Positions 22,801 through 34,714 of a stretch of DNA of 64,000 nt are shown here, one piece after another. The DNA is from Schizochytrium sp. TIO01 (Eukaryota > Protista > Bigyra: Labyrinthulomycetes): contig SMSO01000032.1 of assembly GCA_004764695.1 (NCBI GenBank), forward strand, positions 2,914,001 through 2,978,000. The letters run 5' to 3'. Position numbers and translations under genes: made by a program. The notes under the pieces were generated by a model that saw only the letters and a list, made by a program, of their open reading frames with translations, did no database searches and was not told the origin of the DNA. Position 1 is the stretch's first letter, and each line of letters starts with the position of its first letter.

Positions 22801-23892
22801 AAAGAATTTTTGCAAGCCCTACAGCGACTTTGTCCACATGTCTCAGTTTTTGCTCGTGTTTCTCCACGTCATAAGGAAATCATCCTTGCATCATTGGCAG
22901 CAGCCGGGCGTCATGCTTTGATGTGTGGTGACGGCACCAATGATGTAGGCGCCCTGAAACAAGCTGATGTTGGAGTCTCTATCATCAACTCCCCGGAGCA
23001 TGAGGATGCAATGAAGCGTGCTCGTGAAGAAATCAGTGACCGCTACTCTCAGGAGCGCCTCTCCAAATTGTCTGCCGCAGATCGTTTGCGAGCAGAAATC
23101 CAAGCTATGGAGGATGAGAAGCAAGGAAGCTCAGTTGTGCAGCTTGGTGATGCCTCAATTGCCTCGCCTTTCACTTCAAAATCTACTTCGATTATGTCTA
23201 CTGTTCATATTATTCGCCAAGGCCGTTGTACGCTTGTGACGACGATTCAAATGTACAAGATTTTGGCCTTGAACTGCCTGATTTCCGCATATTCCATGTC
23301 TGCACTGTACCTGTATGGTGTCAAACAAGGGGATACGCAAGCCACCATTGCTGGTTTACTCATCGCTGGTCTCTTTATGTTCATTTCTTGGGCAGAACCA
23401 TTGGAAACTTTGTCTCGCGAGCGTCCCGTAGCAAGCGTCTTCAGTGCCTCTGTGATGTCGTCTTTGGCAGGTCAGCTCGCGATCCACTTTGCAAGCTTGT
23501 TCACGGTGTTACACCTTGCTGAGCCATTTGTCAAGTCCGGAGCGGAAGAAATGAAGCCCGACGCTGAGTTCAAACCAAATGTTGTGAACTCTGCTGTTTT
23601 CCTGGTTGGCCTTTGCATGCAATGCAACGTGTTTGGTTCTAACTACCATGGCCACCCGTTCATGCAAAGTTTATGGGAGAACAAGCTTTTCCACCGCGTT
23701 CTATTTGCCACCTGGGGTCTTAGTGTGGTTCTTGCAACAGATGCCATCCCTGGTCTAGGCGATGCTTTTGAGCTTGTGCCACTGCCTACAGAAGACGGGT
23801 TCCATCTGAAACTGGTTTCTATTCTTCTCCTTGATACTATATGTTCCTGGTCGTGGGAGGCCTTGTCGCGCCGTGTTTTCAGGAACGACTAA
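19870..23892 (+). CDS. ATP13A1: P5A-type ATPase (ATP13A1/Spf1-like ER transmembrane helix dislocase)
   Basis: Intronless, ATG at 19870. Motifs PFFLFQV..VALWCLDEYWYYS, LTGESVP, VPPELP, FDKTGTLT, MITGDN, CGDGTNDVGALKQA and LGDASIASPFTSK. Confidence 0.93.
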   Translation: MAGRDGDAAASEVSGDAGVTSSSLHVRLSLTTRLDVVPFVLLYAVLLGVMVQNEVLWDLISAASGLGDHANDTSTAASKILSSSNLLSDVDLNKANQETILAAVSKKVNEALNEEGNGLQENVDLDVRWSEWELIAWALAVVVAVFSHAMALLGGFWSVTLRRSLRYRPARSIDEAEVICVIPAEHCGTPAICKLHKRRQMRSENRDAKSNGNAEASSSKRGRSSSSSSAASNGKLHGTGGQPPKIVSLEMSDCWFEFQRKRFGLVGSVEDAARSGVCKFEVLDFPDRRTIHEYLSWPGHESEHDRLVAREKWGRNEFDIPLPPLQDLFIENALSPFFLFQVLCVALWCLDEYWYYSVFTLFMLILFELTVCKQRQQNLGILRGMRHPPYPVWVYRAKQWTRALSTDLVPGDIASLVRPTNMFRQLPDGSRIAEDDENILVPCDFLLLRGSCVVNEAMLTGESVPKMKESLLAIAHGNRGSDKSTVIDTTNHEDFANNVVLGGTRVIQHSAEVLDPIDKEKAVGLIPLPPDGGCLAIVLRTGFYTSQGSLMRTILFSTEHVTVGDKDTFFFILGLLVFAVLASAYVLIEGLKDDARSRWKLFLHCIMIITSVVPPELPMELSLAVNTSLSRLYRLAIFCTEPYRIPFAGRLDVCCFDKTGTLTSDAYFVKGIANKHSLETFDIENKDLPKLTPATEARNEESTYVIAGCHQLVRLQDKVEGDPMEQAAVRAIRWAMTRDGRMIMRGPSHESSKRSQIRILHRHPFSSTLKRMSSCIAVDTLDPLKRAKITKLMVVCKGAPEVMEDFLEIVPNHYRESYQALMMAGGRVLTLAYKELSERVSEHSASTLSRVECESRLIFAGLLVLDCPLKDDTLDAVNQLRESRHRVVMITGDNALTACDVARQLNMVSENHDEILLLSSDLEWNSIDPSSEPPDDAVRKFDRGHSAAVLEEHERKYLVVTGAAIDAMEEELGGSNSKEFLQALQRLCPHVSVFARVSPRHKEIILASLAAAGRHALMCGDGTNDVGALKQADVGVSIINSPEHEDAMKRAREEISDRYSQERLSKLSAADRLRAEIQAMEDEKQGSSVVQLGDASIASPFTSKSTSIMSTVHIIRQGRCTLVTTIQMYKILALNCLISAYSMSALYLYGVKQGDTQATIAGLLIAGLFMFISWAEPLETLSRERPVASVFSASVMSSLAGQLAIHFASLFTVLHLAEPFVKSGAEEMKPDAEFKPNVVNSAVFLVGLCMQCNVFGSNYHGHPFMQSLWENKLFHRVLFATWGLSVVLATDAIPGLGDAFELVPLPTEDGFHLKLVSILLLDTICSWSWEALSRRVFRND

Positions 23893-25020
23893 ATTGATAA
23901 CCTACAAGGTCTGCCATTGCGTGGTACCTTTGTTGTTGGGCTCTTTCCTCATTTAATCGCCCGATTCGATAACCCTGCACGATGTCTTATTTTCTGCTCT
24001 GCAATATAGATCTTGAGGTGTATGGTCAGCTGTCTGATTAGCTTGTCAATACTGCTGGGTCACTCTCATGTACGTTCGTTTACATAGGATTCCGAGAACT
24101 AGGGCTAATCGCGCTGCTTATGATGTAGTGCACAGACTAAGCGAACAAGATGCTCCTTTCGTTCTCATATCTCTCTTACTATGTTATTTCAAAGCAACCT
24201 GAAGTGTTGATGCGACTTAATCAATTATGGTTTGTCCTTCAAAATTATGTTTCAAATTCCTTGCAATAAATAGTTCCACGTTTCTGCATACGGAATTATA
24301 ACTTCGAAAGCCAACATTTCTGGTCGTTTGTGACAAAAGGAAAGGGACTTGTCTTCGGAGTGAAATACCCTTCAGCAATAGCAAAACGTGTCTTGTTTTA
24401 TTGGTGAAGCAAAGACTCTACTTAATGAGATCGACCTGGAGTCCTACTTTCCGATAAGTAATGTTTCTTATTTCCGTCAATTCTTCTGTTCTAGAGCTGC
24501 ATATTAAAAAGATATTGCAATCTAGCTGTTTTAATGAGATAAAGCAAGAAAGTGAATGTAGTTTTTTGTTTCTTATTTTGCTTCTTGTTATATAGTGGTG
24601 TGTGGCTTGAGTGAATGTAGAGTTAGGTCAGGGACTAAAAATGAGGAGGAAAACAAACTGAATGTATCAAAACATAGCTGGCCACCCGCTTGCCCGTCAT
24701 CCTTTGTGCATCTTAGAAACCACAAAAATGTATTTGCGCAGGGACAAGGGGGCAGTTAGCAAGCAACCGAGCGTAAGTTCTTTCGTTCAGAAGCACGGGA
24801 CTTGAGTCCATCTTGTGTTAGTCTCATTATATTTTTTTCTTTGGAATCTTCTGCAGTGTCCACAGTCTCATTGGGCAAGAAAATCAAGGCGACTGCAAAG
24901 GAAGATAAGCAAATTGAAAACCCGTTCCATGGAAAAGGTCAGGACAACGAAGTATTCAGGTGTGTACGGGATCAGCACAGGATGTATGGATGAGATATGA
25001 TCATTAACGAGCTAGATGTA

Positions 25021-27186
25021 TCATTCTTCTACAATTTTGGATGCCATCTCCTCAAGCGCGAGATGTTTCCTGAAATCATGGAGCTTGTCTTGCAGGTCTG
25101 AGAAGAGTGACAATTTGGCAGAAAGAATCTCATCAAGACGCGAGGCATACTCTTCAATGTCATAGTCTACAACATCGCTACCTTGTACCTTGGACAACAG
25201 CATGCCCTCCTCTGTAAGCAAGTCGGCATTGGTCTGAATGGCCTTCATGTGCGCGCTCAAGACCTCCTCTTCCATATCCACAAGCTTAGATACCATGTCC
25301 TGGAAGTTCACAACACCGACTGCCGCAGCAGCAGGTTCCTTTGACTGTCTTTGTTGGTCTGAATGTGAAGAGCTTGGACCACTTGGGGCCGGGGTCCTTT
25401 TGCTTTGCAGCACCGGCTCCCTCAAATGCGGAGGGTTTGCGTTCGGGTCATCCCACTGTCGTCTTCCACTGTTCTGTTTGCTCGATACAAGAGCCGACGA
25501 AGAAGCAGACGCAGCCGAAGTTGCAAGCGACGAAGACGACTGAGTTTTCACCGCAGTGCGTCTTGTCTGTGGCTGTCTAAGCGCAGATCCCGGCGCTGCC
25601 CTCTGTGCCATACTACTCGACGAGTTTGAGCGGCTGACTCTTGGCGAAGCAACCGGTACTGGTGCCTTCGCAGGCGTATGTCTTGGTGCCGGCGAAGGTT
25701 TTGACAATCTTGCCCTGTGGCCTTCCTCATCCATACTCACTTCCGTAGGTTCTTCCTCGATGTCCTCCATCTCATGAAACCCTCTTCCACTGTCTGGACT
25801 GTTGCGCTCTGGGGGTCCTTCGTCATCATCGTAGTCATCTTCTTCTGAAGATGACATGTAGTAGCTGCTCTCTGTAGGATCCGGAGTACCCCCTTGAGCG
25901 CCCCCATTTCCATTGGTGATGCTTTTGCGTCGATCTGCAGCTGATGTCCTTACAACCTTCTCTTTAACGCGGTCAGCGTATCTCAGGGTATTAAGCGTAT
26001 GATCTGCTGAGGACGATACTGGGCTGATGCAACTAATCATGACTGTCCTTGCATCATTAGAGAATGAGTCCTTAAGAATCATGGTGAGCTTAGATGCCCG
26101 GTACGGTACATGACTGCTGGCACTATCGAGAGCCCTCACGCATTCCTTCAACGCTAGAAGAGACTTGTTGATCTCTGCAGATTCCTGGCGCCGTTGCCGG
26201 TTGTGGTGCTTGGTGTCCTGGCCTCGCTCGCTGCCTGCAAGGTCAATGAGCGATAGCTTACCATAGGGCTCGCTCCCTTCTCGTGCAGCGGTTCTTCTGA
26301 GTGCAATTTGACATATGGCATGAGACCGAGATGAGTCATTGTTCATCTCTGTAGCATGGGTTGTACGCTCGTTGTTACCGCGCTCAATAAGTTGCAGAAG
26401 TTCGGTCTCGTCGGAGACGATGACCTCCTTGAGGCCCTCCACTTGCACGCGGCCTTTGCCATCTTCACGAACAGAGCATACGCGACGGTCGTGGAGGAGA
26501 TCGATGCAACGGCCTCCGTATAGCTCAAAAAATGCGCAGTGAACCTCAAGCTGCTTGCTGCTGTGCTCTGGGGAGTAAATGAGTCTGAAGACGTCCCTTG
26601 CAGCGAGCTTCTGGACACCGCCCATTGTGTAGGTCTTGCCGGATCCCGTCTGGCCATAGGCGAAGCAAGTGGCTCTTCCGCCACCAACAGCAAATTCAAC
26701 GAGGTATTTGGCGGTGTTATCGTAAACTTCATCGTTCGTAGACTCCTCATTGAAAGCGTGGTCAAGCTCGAAGTTTACGTTGTCGAGGTACTTGGTGATA
26801 CCGTCGACCTTAAACTTGCAGTGGTGCACGTACGCAAGAGGGTTGCTGCAGCTCACGGAGTCGTAGTCCTTTCGGCGTATCTCACTCTCACTCACAGGGC
26901 GTTTGCGGACAACGACGTTGATCTTCAAAGGGCCCGTGGATGCGTGGGGGAGAGGACGAGCCATATCGTACTTTCTGAATTTGCGGATCATACGCTGAAA
27001 ATCAACGTCGCCGGGCTTGCCTTTACGCTCATTACGACGCATTTCAGACTCACGTTTACGCTTAAACTCCTCAGCTGATTTGCGGCGGTTTGCACGCTGA
27101 CGAGCGAGTTTCTCGATCTCAGCGACAGTACGGTCCTTGCCATTGCCAAGACGGCGCCGAGGGCTCGCAGCTCCATTTTCGACCAT
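25021..27186 (-). CDS. Kinesin-13 family microtubule depolymerase (KIF2/KIF24-like)
   Basis: Central motor domain with KVD finger (KFKVDGITKYL), GQTGSGKT, SSRSH, DLAGSE and KEC motif (KECVRAL). C-terminal coiled coil. An upstream exon cannot be excluded. Confidence 0.92.
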   Translation of the reverse strand: MVENGAASPRRRLGNGKDRTVAEIEKLARQRANRRKSAEEFKRKRESEMRRNERKGKPGDVDFQRMIRKFRKYDMARPLPHASTGPLKINVVVRKRPVSESEIRRKDYDSVSCSNPLAYVHHCKFKVDGITKYLDNVNFELDHAFNEESTNDEVYDNTAKYLVEFAVGGGRATCFAYGQTGSGKTYTMGGVQKLAARDVFRLIYSPEHSSKQLEVHCAFFELYGGRCIDLLHDRRVCSVREDGKGRVQVEGLKEVIVSDETELLQLIERGNNERTTHATEMNNDSSRSHAICQIALRRTAAREGSEPYGKLSLIDLAGSERGQDTKHHNRQRRQESAEINKSLLALKECVRALDSASSHVPYRASKLTMILKDSFSNDARTVMISCISPVSSSADHTLNTLRYADRVKEKVVRTSAADRRKSITNGNGGAQGGTPDPTESSYYMSSSEEDDYDDDEGPPERNSPDSGRGFHEMEDIEEEPTEVSMDEEGHRARLSKPSPAPRHTPAKAPVPVASPRVSRSNSSSSMAQRAAPGSALRQPQTRRTAVKTQSSSSLATSAASASSSALVSSKQNSGRRQWDDPNANPPHLREPVLQSKRTPAPSGPSSSHSDQQRQSKEPAAAAVGVVNFQDMVSKLVDMEEEVLSAHMKAIQTNADLLTEEGMLLSKVQGSDVVDYDIEEYASRLDEILSAKLSLFSDLQDKLHDFRKHLALEEMASKIVEE

Positions 27187-30100
27187 CGTTTGTTCACACG
27201 CGATATATCTCCGAGAATCCTCAACGTTTACACAACCTGAATGTGCTCCACAATGTATTCTTTGCTAAAAGTCCTTCAAATGTAGTCTTCAGATTGTAGT
27301 CTTGAGGAATGAACAACAACAATAAGGCAGTTTGCAAGAGTCAAGCGAAGTCAAGGCCTTCTCCAGCGACTCAAGATGTATTTAACAAAAAATCACAATT
27401 GCAACTCCCGCTGTCGCGTGGATGCAGTCGATGCCTGTAAATGCTTAACGTCTCGATCGAATCGGATATCAGGCGTCTACAGAAGCCTTGCGAAACGTGC
27501 GTTTCTTTGGGTCTGGATTCCGCTCCAGAACAGTTTATGCCGGGTCCCACTCGCGCCGCAGCGCCGCCAGTGCCTCCAGAAAATACGAGCGTGCACAAAC
27601 GCGTCGCTAGCGCCCCGCAAAGCAGCTTCCTCTGCCCCCGCGAGCTAGGTCCGCGCGAGTCTCTAACGAGAATTGAATTGAATTGAATTGAATGAATTGC
27701 GGAGAATGAATGAAACCTCAAAAATAAAACAGACAAAGCAAGTCGCAAAAGTAAAAGTAAAAGTAAAACTACTAAACTAAGAAAGAATAAAGAAAACAGA
27801 AGAAAACAAACAAGCTTCTTTCGAAAAACCTACGCCAGGTACCACCTACGCAGCAACTAACTTATCATGGTTAGACGCTGTTAAATCGAGAAGCAGCAAT
27901 CCAAGCGAAGAAAAACAATCATCGCCATATAGCCATCGTAGATAGCTAAACTTCTTCTTCAGAGACTTGAAACAACTAACTACTTTTCATCTTTCAGAAG
28001 TTACTCCCTCCTAGCCTCTGCTAGATACCTTCTACTCGGTGAGTGAGCGATACCAGTGAAACTTTCATTTTCAACCGCCGTGGCCCTCTGGCCCCACCAA
28101 TGCATCTCGGCAGGCCTCTCAATGGTTAAGGTCCCCTGAAACAGAAGGCCTCTCGAGGGCCTTTCAGCTCTGCGATCTTATTTGCGAAGCGTCTGAAAAG
28201 CTTTTTGGTTGAGCGAGCTTTCCTCGGAAATAACGTCTATTTCAGGAACACCTCCTTAAAGAGGGCGGTTTGCGCCCTCGCCAAAGGTCAATTAATAAGG
28301 GACGCATATGCAGAGTTGGCTGCAGTTAAGGTGCAGGGAAGCGAGGGACTTGGGAGCGCTCTATGAAAGCTCTCGAAATCGATGATTGAGTGTTGGAGAT
28401 CTGTGAAAAACGCAAGGATAGCCTTTGCTTCATGACCCTAGTGTCATGGACCTACTTTGTGTGTGCTTGCCCAAGGTGAGAGTGGCTCTTTGTATATTTT
28501 GGAGGATTGACAACCCTAGTTTGAGGAGGCATGAAGAAGCTGAGGCTAAACGCTTTTCTGAATAACATCGTGCACTGGAACAACGATGACCTATACAAAT
28601 TTAGAAATGCTCAAGCCTAAGAGTGTCCCTTTACCCTAGCGATTACACGCGGCCCCAATTTAATTTAAATATTAAAAAAAGAATATGGGTGTGATTACCC
28701 TTCGTCAAAGCTCGGTCTTTTGTATTATCGGCGCATAGTTCACTCGTTACTATGACAACTTCATACTAAGATAAACAAATTAATAAACCAAAGGCTACGG
28801 GTTCTTAGTGCAACGAGGTGGAGCGTCTTATTTGGGATTGCAGCCATGCCAACCCTTACATTAGCACGTCATTGTGTTAGACTATCCCCTCCAACAGTGC
28901 GAGACTAATATGGCCCTAGATCAAGTTTGTTTAACTAGAAAGGAGTAATCTATAACTGTGTCTAGACCCTCGATTGATGCGCGACATGGCCTTCAAAGAC
29001 CACCTTAAGCTTCAGTGCCTGATCCATCACCGAATCAGCACCCCGAGCGACACGGATTTGGAGCCGGGGTGAATGCGCCGCCTGATCCCTCTGTCAATGC
29101 GGGAAATAGCCCTCGATGCGAGTCAATGGAAATAGAACGGTAGCTTTTCGAGGATCATATGTTACCTGAAGTTACAATTAAAACTTCTGACTCTCCTGGT
29201 TGACCTTCTACGCGAAATAGTCCTCAGCTCCCAAATCCTCAATGATATTATCCGGAAATTATGAAGGATTTAGACATGATTGTGCACCAGAACAGTATGA
29301 TATAACACCTTAGATATCTCAAACCAGCCACGAATCAAATCCCAGGGTGTTGAAATTTAAAGAACAAATTGAATAATCCGTTCTTTCGGAATAGAGTGCC
29401 TGCATGGAATTTAAAGCGTAGATTCACCTTGAAATATTTTTGGGTTGGGAGTGTTGGAAAATACATTAAAAAAAACAAAAGTTTTTTTTAATGGGCGCGA
29501 GGGGCGAGCACCAGCGGAAGCAAATTCTTGCTCTCCCGCTTCTAAGCAAAAACGTGCGCAAACTACGAAAAGTGTTTCTGGCTGAGGCGTGTAGACCTGA
29601 GGTGTGCATTATTCATCGAGTCTTAGGCACACAGCAGGTCTTAATTATCAATCGTTGTGGTGTTTCTACGGTATTTAACCCTCAGAAGAGACCAGGAAAC
29701 ACAAGCAGCGTCAAAAGGTGTTTCCATATCAAGAAAATGAAGACTTGGCATCCGCAGTTGTTTGCACTCAACCTTGGTGCTCACTATCTCTGCATCCCTG
29801 TTTCGCTTCCTTTCTTTAGTGCTTTTTTACTTTAAAGTTAGGCTGTTCTTGCGCAGTGGATATACTCAGAGAAAGAGATATGGATTTTCGCAAGGAAAGA
29901 CGCGGCACAAGTTTGCCTCACTTAATGTTCCCGCTTCTGGTCATACGGACCAAGTGCTACTGGCTATTTTTGTGTAGCTTTCGCCTTTGTTCTGAGAATA
30001 TAGCAATTGCTTAATTGCCTCCCTTATTGAGGCTTTTAGTTTCTTCTATTCATGGGCAAGCTAGCAACGCAGCACACAGTATCTTCGAACCCTCCAAATA

Positions 30101-31857
30101 ACTCGACCATTTAGAATTACAGATTTTTTAAAAGCAAAATCGTGGCAACGTGAACCTTAACACAGAAAATTTGTTTTAACGAAGGCAGTAATATTAGTGG
30201 AACATCTGAAGACAGATGAATTCCGGAATGAATCACTATTCACTCAACAGTAAGCGAAACCTCGATACTTTGAGTATCATTATTATCTCTTTGACCTTCT
30301 TCAGCAGGCCCGTGCGGCAGCGTTTAACTTCTTGTCAGGTAATCTCTGCATGATTCACTTCAAAGGCTAATCTACAATACTTGTCTTGAACCCTTTAAAA
30401 AGGAGAAAGGACCTCCGAAGCTAAGTAAGTGTGAACATTCAACCTTTGTATCCCCAAGTGCTGTAGTGCCTGGAAGGACCCAACAGGAGGTGACGCGCTG
30501 CTGTGTGTGCAACGACCGCCCTTCCCTAACACAAAGGAACCTTCGATGCACTCTCTCGTGTAGCTTTCTGTTATTTTCCTTCTCCTCTATCTGCGACATC
30601 AATAATGCTTAGTCACGCCATCAATTTTCTCTTGCAAATTCCAAGATGCAGTCAACGCTTTCCCACGAATCAAAAAATAAACCTCGTTGAAGGCCTACGC
30701 ACGATATTTGACGAATTCTCCGGGCTTAGAGTTATCCTTGTTTTCTCGTGTTGTGCTGCACGTACTGCCAGAGTTCCGGATTTGCCCGCAGCTGTGGCTT
30801 TAAAATCTCCTACTTTCACTTGCGACGACGAAGGATTACGCATCCGAGATCTAACCAGACCCACAACAGTCAAAATAATACTCGACTTGTGTGATCCACA
30901 GAACTCCAAACACGCCATTTAGGCATGCTTCAAATTAAAAGGGGCTTTCGCTTTTCTTGGCCAAGTACAACTGCTTTCCCGCTCTCATCTTTTACCAGAA
31001 CTCCAAAATGATCTTGATCTTTCTTTATTGCGAAGGTAGCTCAAAAACTTTTTACTGAACATTAAAGATCATGATGAAAAGACCCGAACAAAGTCTCTTT
31101 TACATTTAACTTAAAGAATTAATGGGAAATGCTTTTTTAAAGAAGTGACACTTAGCATCATGCCTCATCAAAGAGTTTCTTTCTCTCGTAGACAGTAGCT
31201 CTGAGAGCACTTCACTATCCAACCAGGATCTCTCCGCATCCTCTCGTATCCCACTTCCCTGTCGCTCGGAGAGAAGGCAAATTCTTGATTCCCTTCCTGA
31301 CTAGATGTCAAGCTTGGGATAAGCTATAGCGTCACAAGCACAGCAGTAGTCCTTCATTAGTAGCATTTAGTCTGATGGTAATTTCACAGGTTCTATCTGC
31401 ATCACCTGCGAACCTCATACCTCTTCGTGATACGACTGTCCATGTGGCTCTTGCATTCTAAGAAATCCCTTCAAGCATAAGTATGGCGTAGCTAGAGCAA
31501 GGACATATTGCAGTTTTGTGGACAACTGGAACGACTCGCTGCTCGAGTCTTTATGTTCTAAGAATAACTTGTTCACAAATAGAAAAACAGGGAACAAACA
31601 AAGCCTCAACACCCGGCTGAGCCCAGCCGATACTAGCCCCTGCCTTGAGGGAGGTGTAGACCTGGGCTCAACGTGGTCGTGGAGTCAGCTCCTCCTTTGC
31701 GCGAGCTTCAACCTGCAGAACCAACACTGCCTCAGAGTTGGCTTTCTTGTTCAAATTGCTATTATCTGTGCACTGTCATCAGGTTATATATTTCGCATCG
31801 GTGGCGCGTGGTCTCTGCAGCAGACAGAGCTTTCAAGCTCTCAACTGATACCTCATC

Positions 31858-33018
31858 ATGACTAATCAGATGAAAGGCATCCTTGCGGTTGCAGCTCTGA
31901 CAGGTATTATAATGCTTGGCTCCATGCAAACTATGCTGTGGAAATCGCTAGTCCTCAATGAGCACGCAAACTCGGTTGGAGGCGGAATTGACATGAGGAT
32001 TCAAAACTCCTTGCGTGCCATTGGATCAACACTCAGATCCGGGGATTCTGATGTGGGCGCGTTTGATTTCCTTGAAGACGAATCTAGAGATACGTTGCCC
32101 GAAACTGTGCAGCAGGAGCAAACCAAAGTTGAAAAGAATGCTTTAGTTACAAGCGAACTCACTCCAAAGGCGAGAGAGGAGTGTTTCACACCACTGCACA
32201 GACTAGAAAAGATACAAATGCCGCGGTTGAGTGGGCCTGTACAACTTGCATCATTTCCTGGATCAGGAAACACGTGGATCAGACACGTGATCCAGCAAGG
32301 TACACGAATCTACACGGGAAGTATGTACAATGATACCAAGCTGCGCGAAACGGTTTTCCCAGCAGAGGGAGTCCGAGATGAGTCAGTAGTAGTTGTCAAG
32401 ACCCATTTTCCATGTGCTAATTGCTGGCTGTTGCGTAATGGTAACGGTTATGTTAAGACTAGCCGTACGGGAGATCTCAAATCGGCGCGGGCGTCATTGT
32501 ATATTTTGCGCAGCCCGTTTGATGTCATTCTAGCCGAATTTCAACGTTTGCATTCCACTTCGTTGAACCATACCGGTGTGGTTCCCGAGGCAGTTTTTCA
32601 GTCTTCTGTCTGGTTTGAATTTATCGATCGAGCGCTTGGTGGTTGGATAGAGAGTGTGGATTTTTACCTTTCGGAACCGATCTCGGGCCGCCTGTGGCGA
32701 GACAAGCGCGGTAGGCTAGTGTTCGTTTTCTTGTTTGAGAACTTTGTTCGAAAGTTTGATAAAGAGACAAGCTTACTTCTAGCTACTTTGCGCGAGGTGC
32801 ATGAAAACACGAATGCATTACCATCACCAGCAGAGGCCCTGGCTTGTCTTAAAGCTGATCGGGATGGATCATTCAAGCGTAAGCCATCTAGCATTAAGAA
32901 CCCCTACAGCCCTGAAATTGCCGCGAAAATTTGTGCAAGAGTTAGTGACCGTTGGCACAATGACTTATGGGGGCCCTGCACTGGTCAACTCCAGCGAGAG
33001 CGAACCCCCTTTATGTAG
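31858..33018 (+). CDS. Membrane-anchored sulfotransferase-fold protein (WSCD1/2-like catalytic domain, no WSC domain)
   Basis: N-terminal hydrophobic anchor. PAPS-binding-type motif LASFPGSGNTW, TRIYTGSMY, VVKTH and LRSPFDVILAEF. Confidence 0.8.
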   Translation: MTNQMKGILAVAALTGIIMLGSMQTMLWKSLVLNEHANSVGGGIDMRIQNSLRAIGSTLRSGDSDVGAFDFLEDESRDTLPETVQQEQTKVEKNALVTSELTPKAREECFTPLHRLEKIQMPRLSGPVQLASFPGSGNTWIRHVIQQGTRIYTGSMYNDTKLRETVFPAEGVRDESVVVVKTHFPCANCWLLRNGNGYVKTSRTGDLKSARASLYILRSPFDVILAEFQRLHSTSLNHTGVVPEAVFQSSVWFEFIDRALGGWIESVDFYLSEPISGRLWRDKRGRLVFVFLFENFVRKFDKETSLLLATLREVHENTNALPSPAEALACLKADRDGSFKRKPSSIKNPYSPEIAAKICARVSDRWHNDLWGPCTGQLQRERTPFM

Positions 33019-33718
33019 GTCAGATGTCCCGTTGAATAGAAGTATTTAGGACATGCTCATTAGTAAGAAATCGGGGATTGCACACAACGGATTTCCATGA
33101 GCATTCACATCGGCTTAGGGTATGCATTCATGATTTGGCAAGAGTAGGCTAGTTCAACGAGCCGAGCGTTGCTTGTAGTATGATGTATTCAGAGGATGTC
33201 TCTGGGTGAGACCTCATAGACTGTATGCATGATAACGAGATAGAGGATATACCATGCATAGCTTTGTATGAGGATAGAAAACCTGTTTTTCTAGTTCTTC
33301 ATGTAACGGTAGTTTATTTTACTTGTTGTGCGTGCGTCAGCAAGTCAATCTATGGAAACAATTTCAAAAACACGCACAATTTAAGAATCGATCATATCTT
33401 TGATATTTTTAATGCAATACACCTTCGTTATATGTTTTTTTCTGTTCATGCGAAGGACTTAATCGACAAGCCAGGAACTTGCATGGTCAAGATAGACCCT
33501 TCATCATGTAAGATGCTTTTTGTCCATGCAATTTTGGAGTGAGTTATTTTGTTTATCTCTTGGCCTGGCCAAGTTCATGTCCTTGCAATGCGAACTATGC
33601 CATTTTTTTAAAAAGCAACCATGGAGATTGATAGAGAGAGTTGCGATGGTGTTGGCCTGCAGCTATTATTTATCAAAAAAAGAAAAGAAAAGAAAAGAAA
33701 GTCAAAAAGTCAATATCC

Positions 33719-34714
33719 TTATACACGCAAGATTTGCACCTTGTCTTCAAAGCCAATACCAACCCAATCAGGCATAGAAAGTGCCCACTGTAGGTTGTTA
33801 ATGAAAGAGTCTGCCTTATAAGCGAGGATTGGTTCATCAATTTCTCGTGGGAGGGTTGAAAGCTCCCAAATAAGCGCCTGAGAGTCTTCTGCAACAGTGC
33901 AAATGTGACAGGAGGAGTGTGGCGCCCATGCCACAGCATTGACAGCGCCAGAGTGGCCATTAAGTTCAGCGTATGGTTTACAAGGAAGGCGTTTGTCGAG
34001 AATGATGGTTTTGTTGCTGTTGAGGGCTACAAAAGCCAAAAAGTTGGAATCTTGTTTGTTCCAGGCAAGACGTAACAGGGATTGACGACTAGAATCATCG
34101 TCGTAAATGATAACAGAGCGCTCCATAGATCGGAGATCGAATGTACGGATAGAGCCATCTGCACTTGCCGTCGCAAAGGTATGGCGATCCCGTGTTGCCC
34201 AGGCAATATCATACACTTCTTCGTCATGAGCGATCAGCTGCGCTCTGACACGTTGAGCTTCAATGTCCCACACTGTTGCAGTTGTATCAATGCTGGAGGT
34301 TGCAACAACATTCAAATCAACTTGGTTCCAGTCTAGGGAGGTCAATGGAGCACAATAGTCGTTGGTCTTGCTATTGTTTAAAGTACACATTTGCATAACT
34401 TCGGAGTTGTCAGGCATGACTTGCCAAATACGGAGATAGTCTCCTGTCGTAGCGAGGAGATCTTTTTGTGAAGAGTAAGGGTCTGGCACCCAGCTAATTT
34501 TAGTGGTCGGATATGGGTGTTCAAAGCCTGCCTTGCGAACAAACTCATCTTTCTCTTCGTCATACTGTACAATATGAACCTGATTTGTATACTCCTCGCG
34601 GAAGGACCCGACTGCAAACCTGAACTTGAAGTTTTCATTAAATCTCTCCGAGAACGCAAGAGCGTACGAGTTCCATGGTGCAGTGTACGTGTAAATTTCC
34701 CTTTTCTTGGTCAT
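33719..34714 (-). CDS. DCAF7: DDB1- and CUL4-associated factor 7 (WDR68/AN11) WD40 protein
   Basis: Motifs IYTYTAPW, FEHPYPTTK, DLLATTGDYLRIW, CAPLTSLDWN, QLIAHDEEVYDI, LLRLAWNKQD, WAPHSSCHICT and terminal QILRV. Confidence 0.95.
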   Translation of the reverse strand: MTKKREIYTYTAPWNSYALAFSERFNENFKFRFAVGSFREEYTNQVHIVQYDEEKDEFVRKAGFEHPYPTTKISWVPDPYSSQKDLLATTGDYLRIWQVMPDNSEVMQMCTLNNSKTNDYCAPLTSLDWNQVDLNVVATSSIDTTATVWDIEAQRVRAQLIAHDEEVYDIAWATRDRHTFATASADGSIRTFDLRSMERSVIIYDDDSSRQSLLRLAWNKQDSNFLAFVALNSNKTIILDKRLPCKPYAELNGHSGAVNAVAWAPHSSCHICTVAEDSQALIWELSTLPREIDEPILAYKADSFINNLQWALSMPDWVGIGFEDKVQILRV

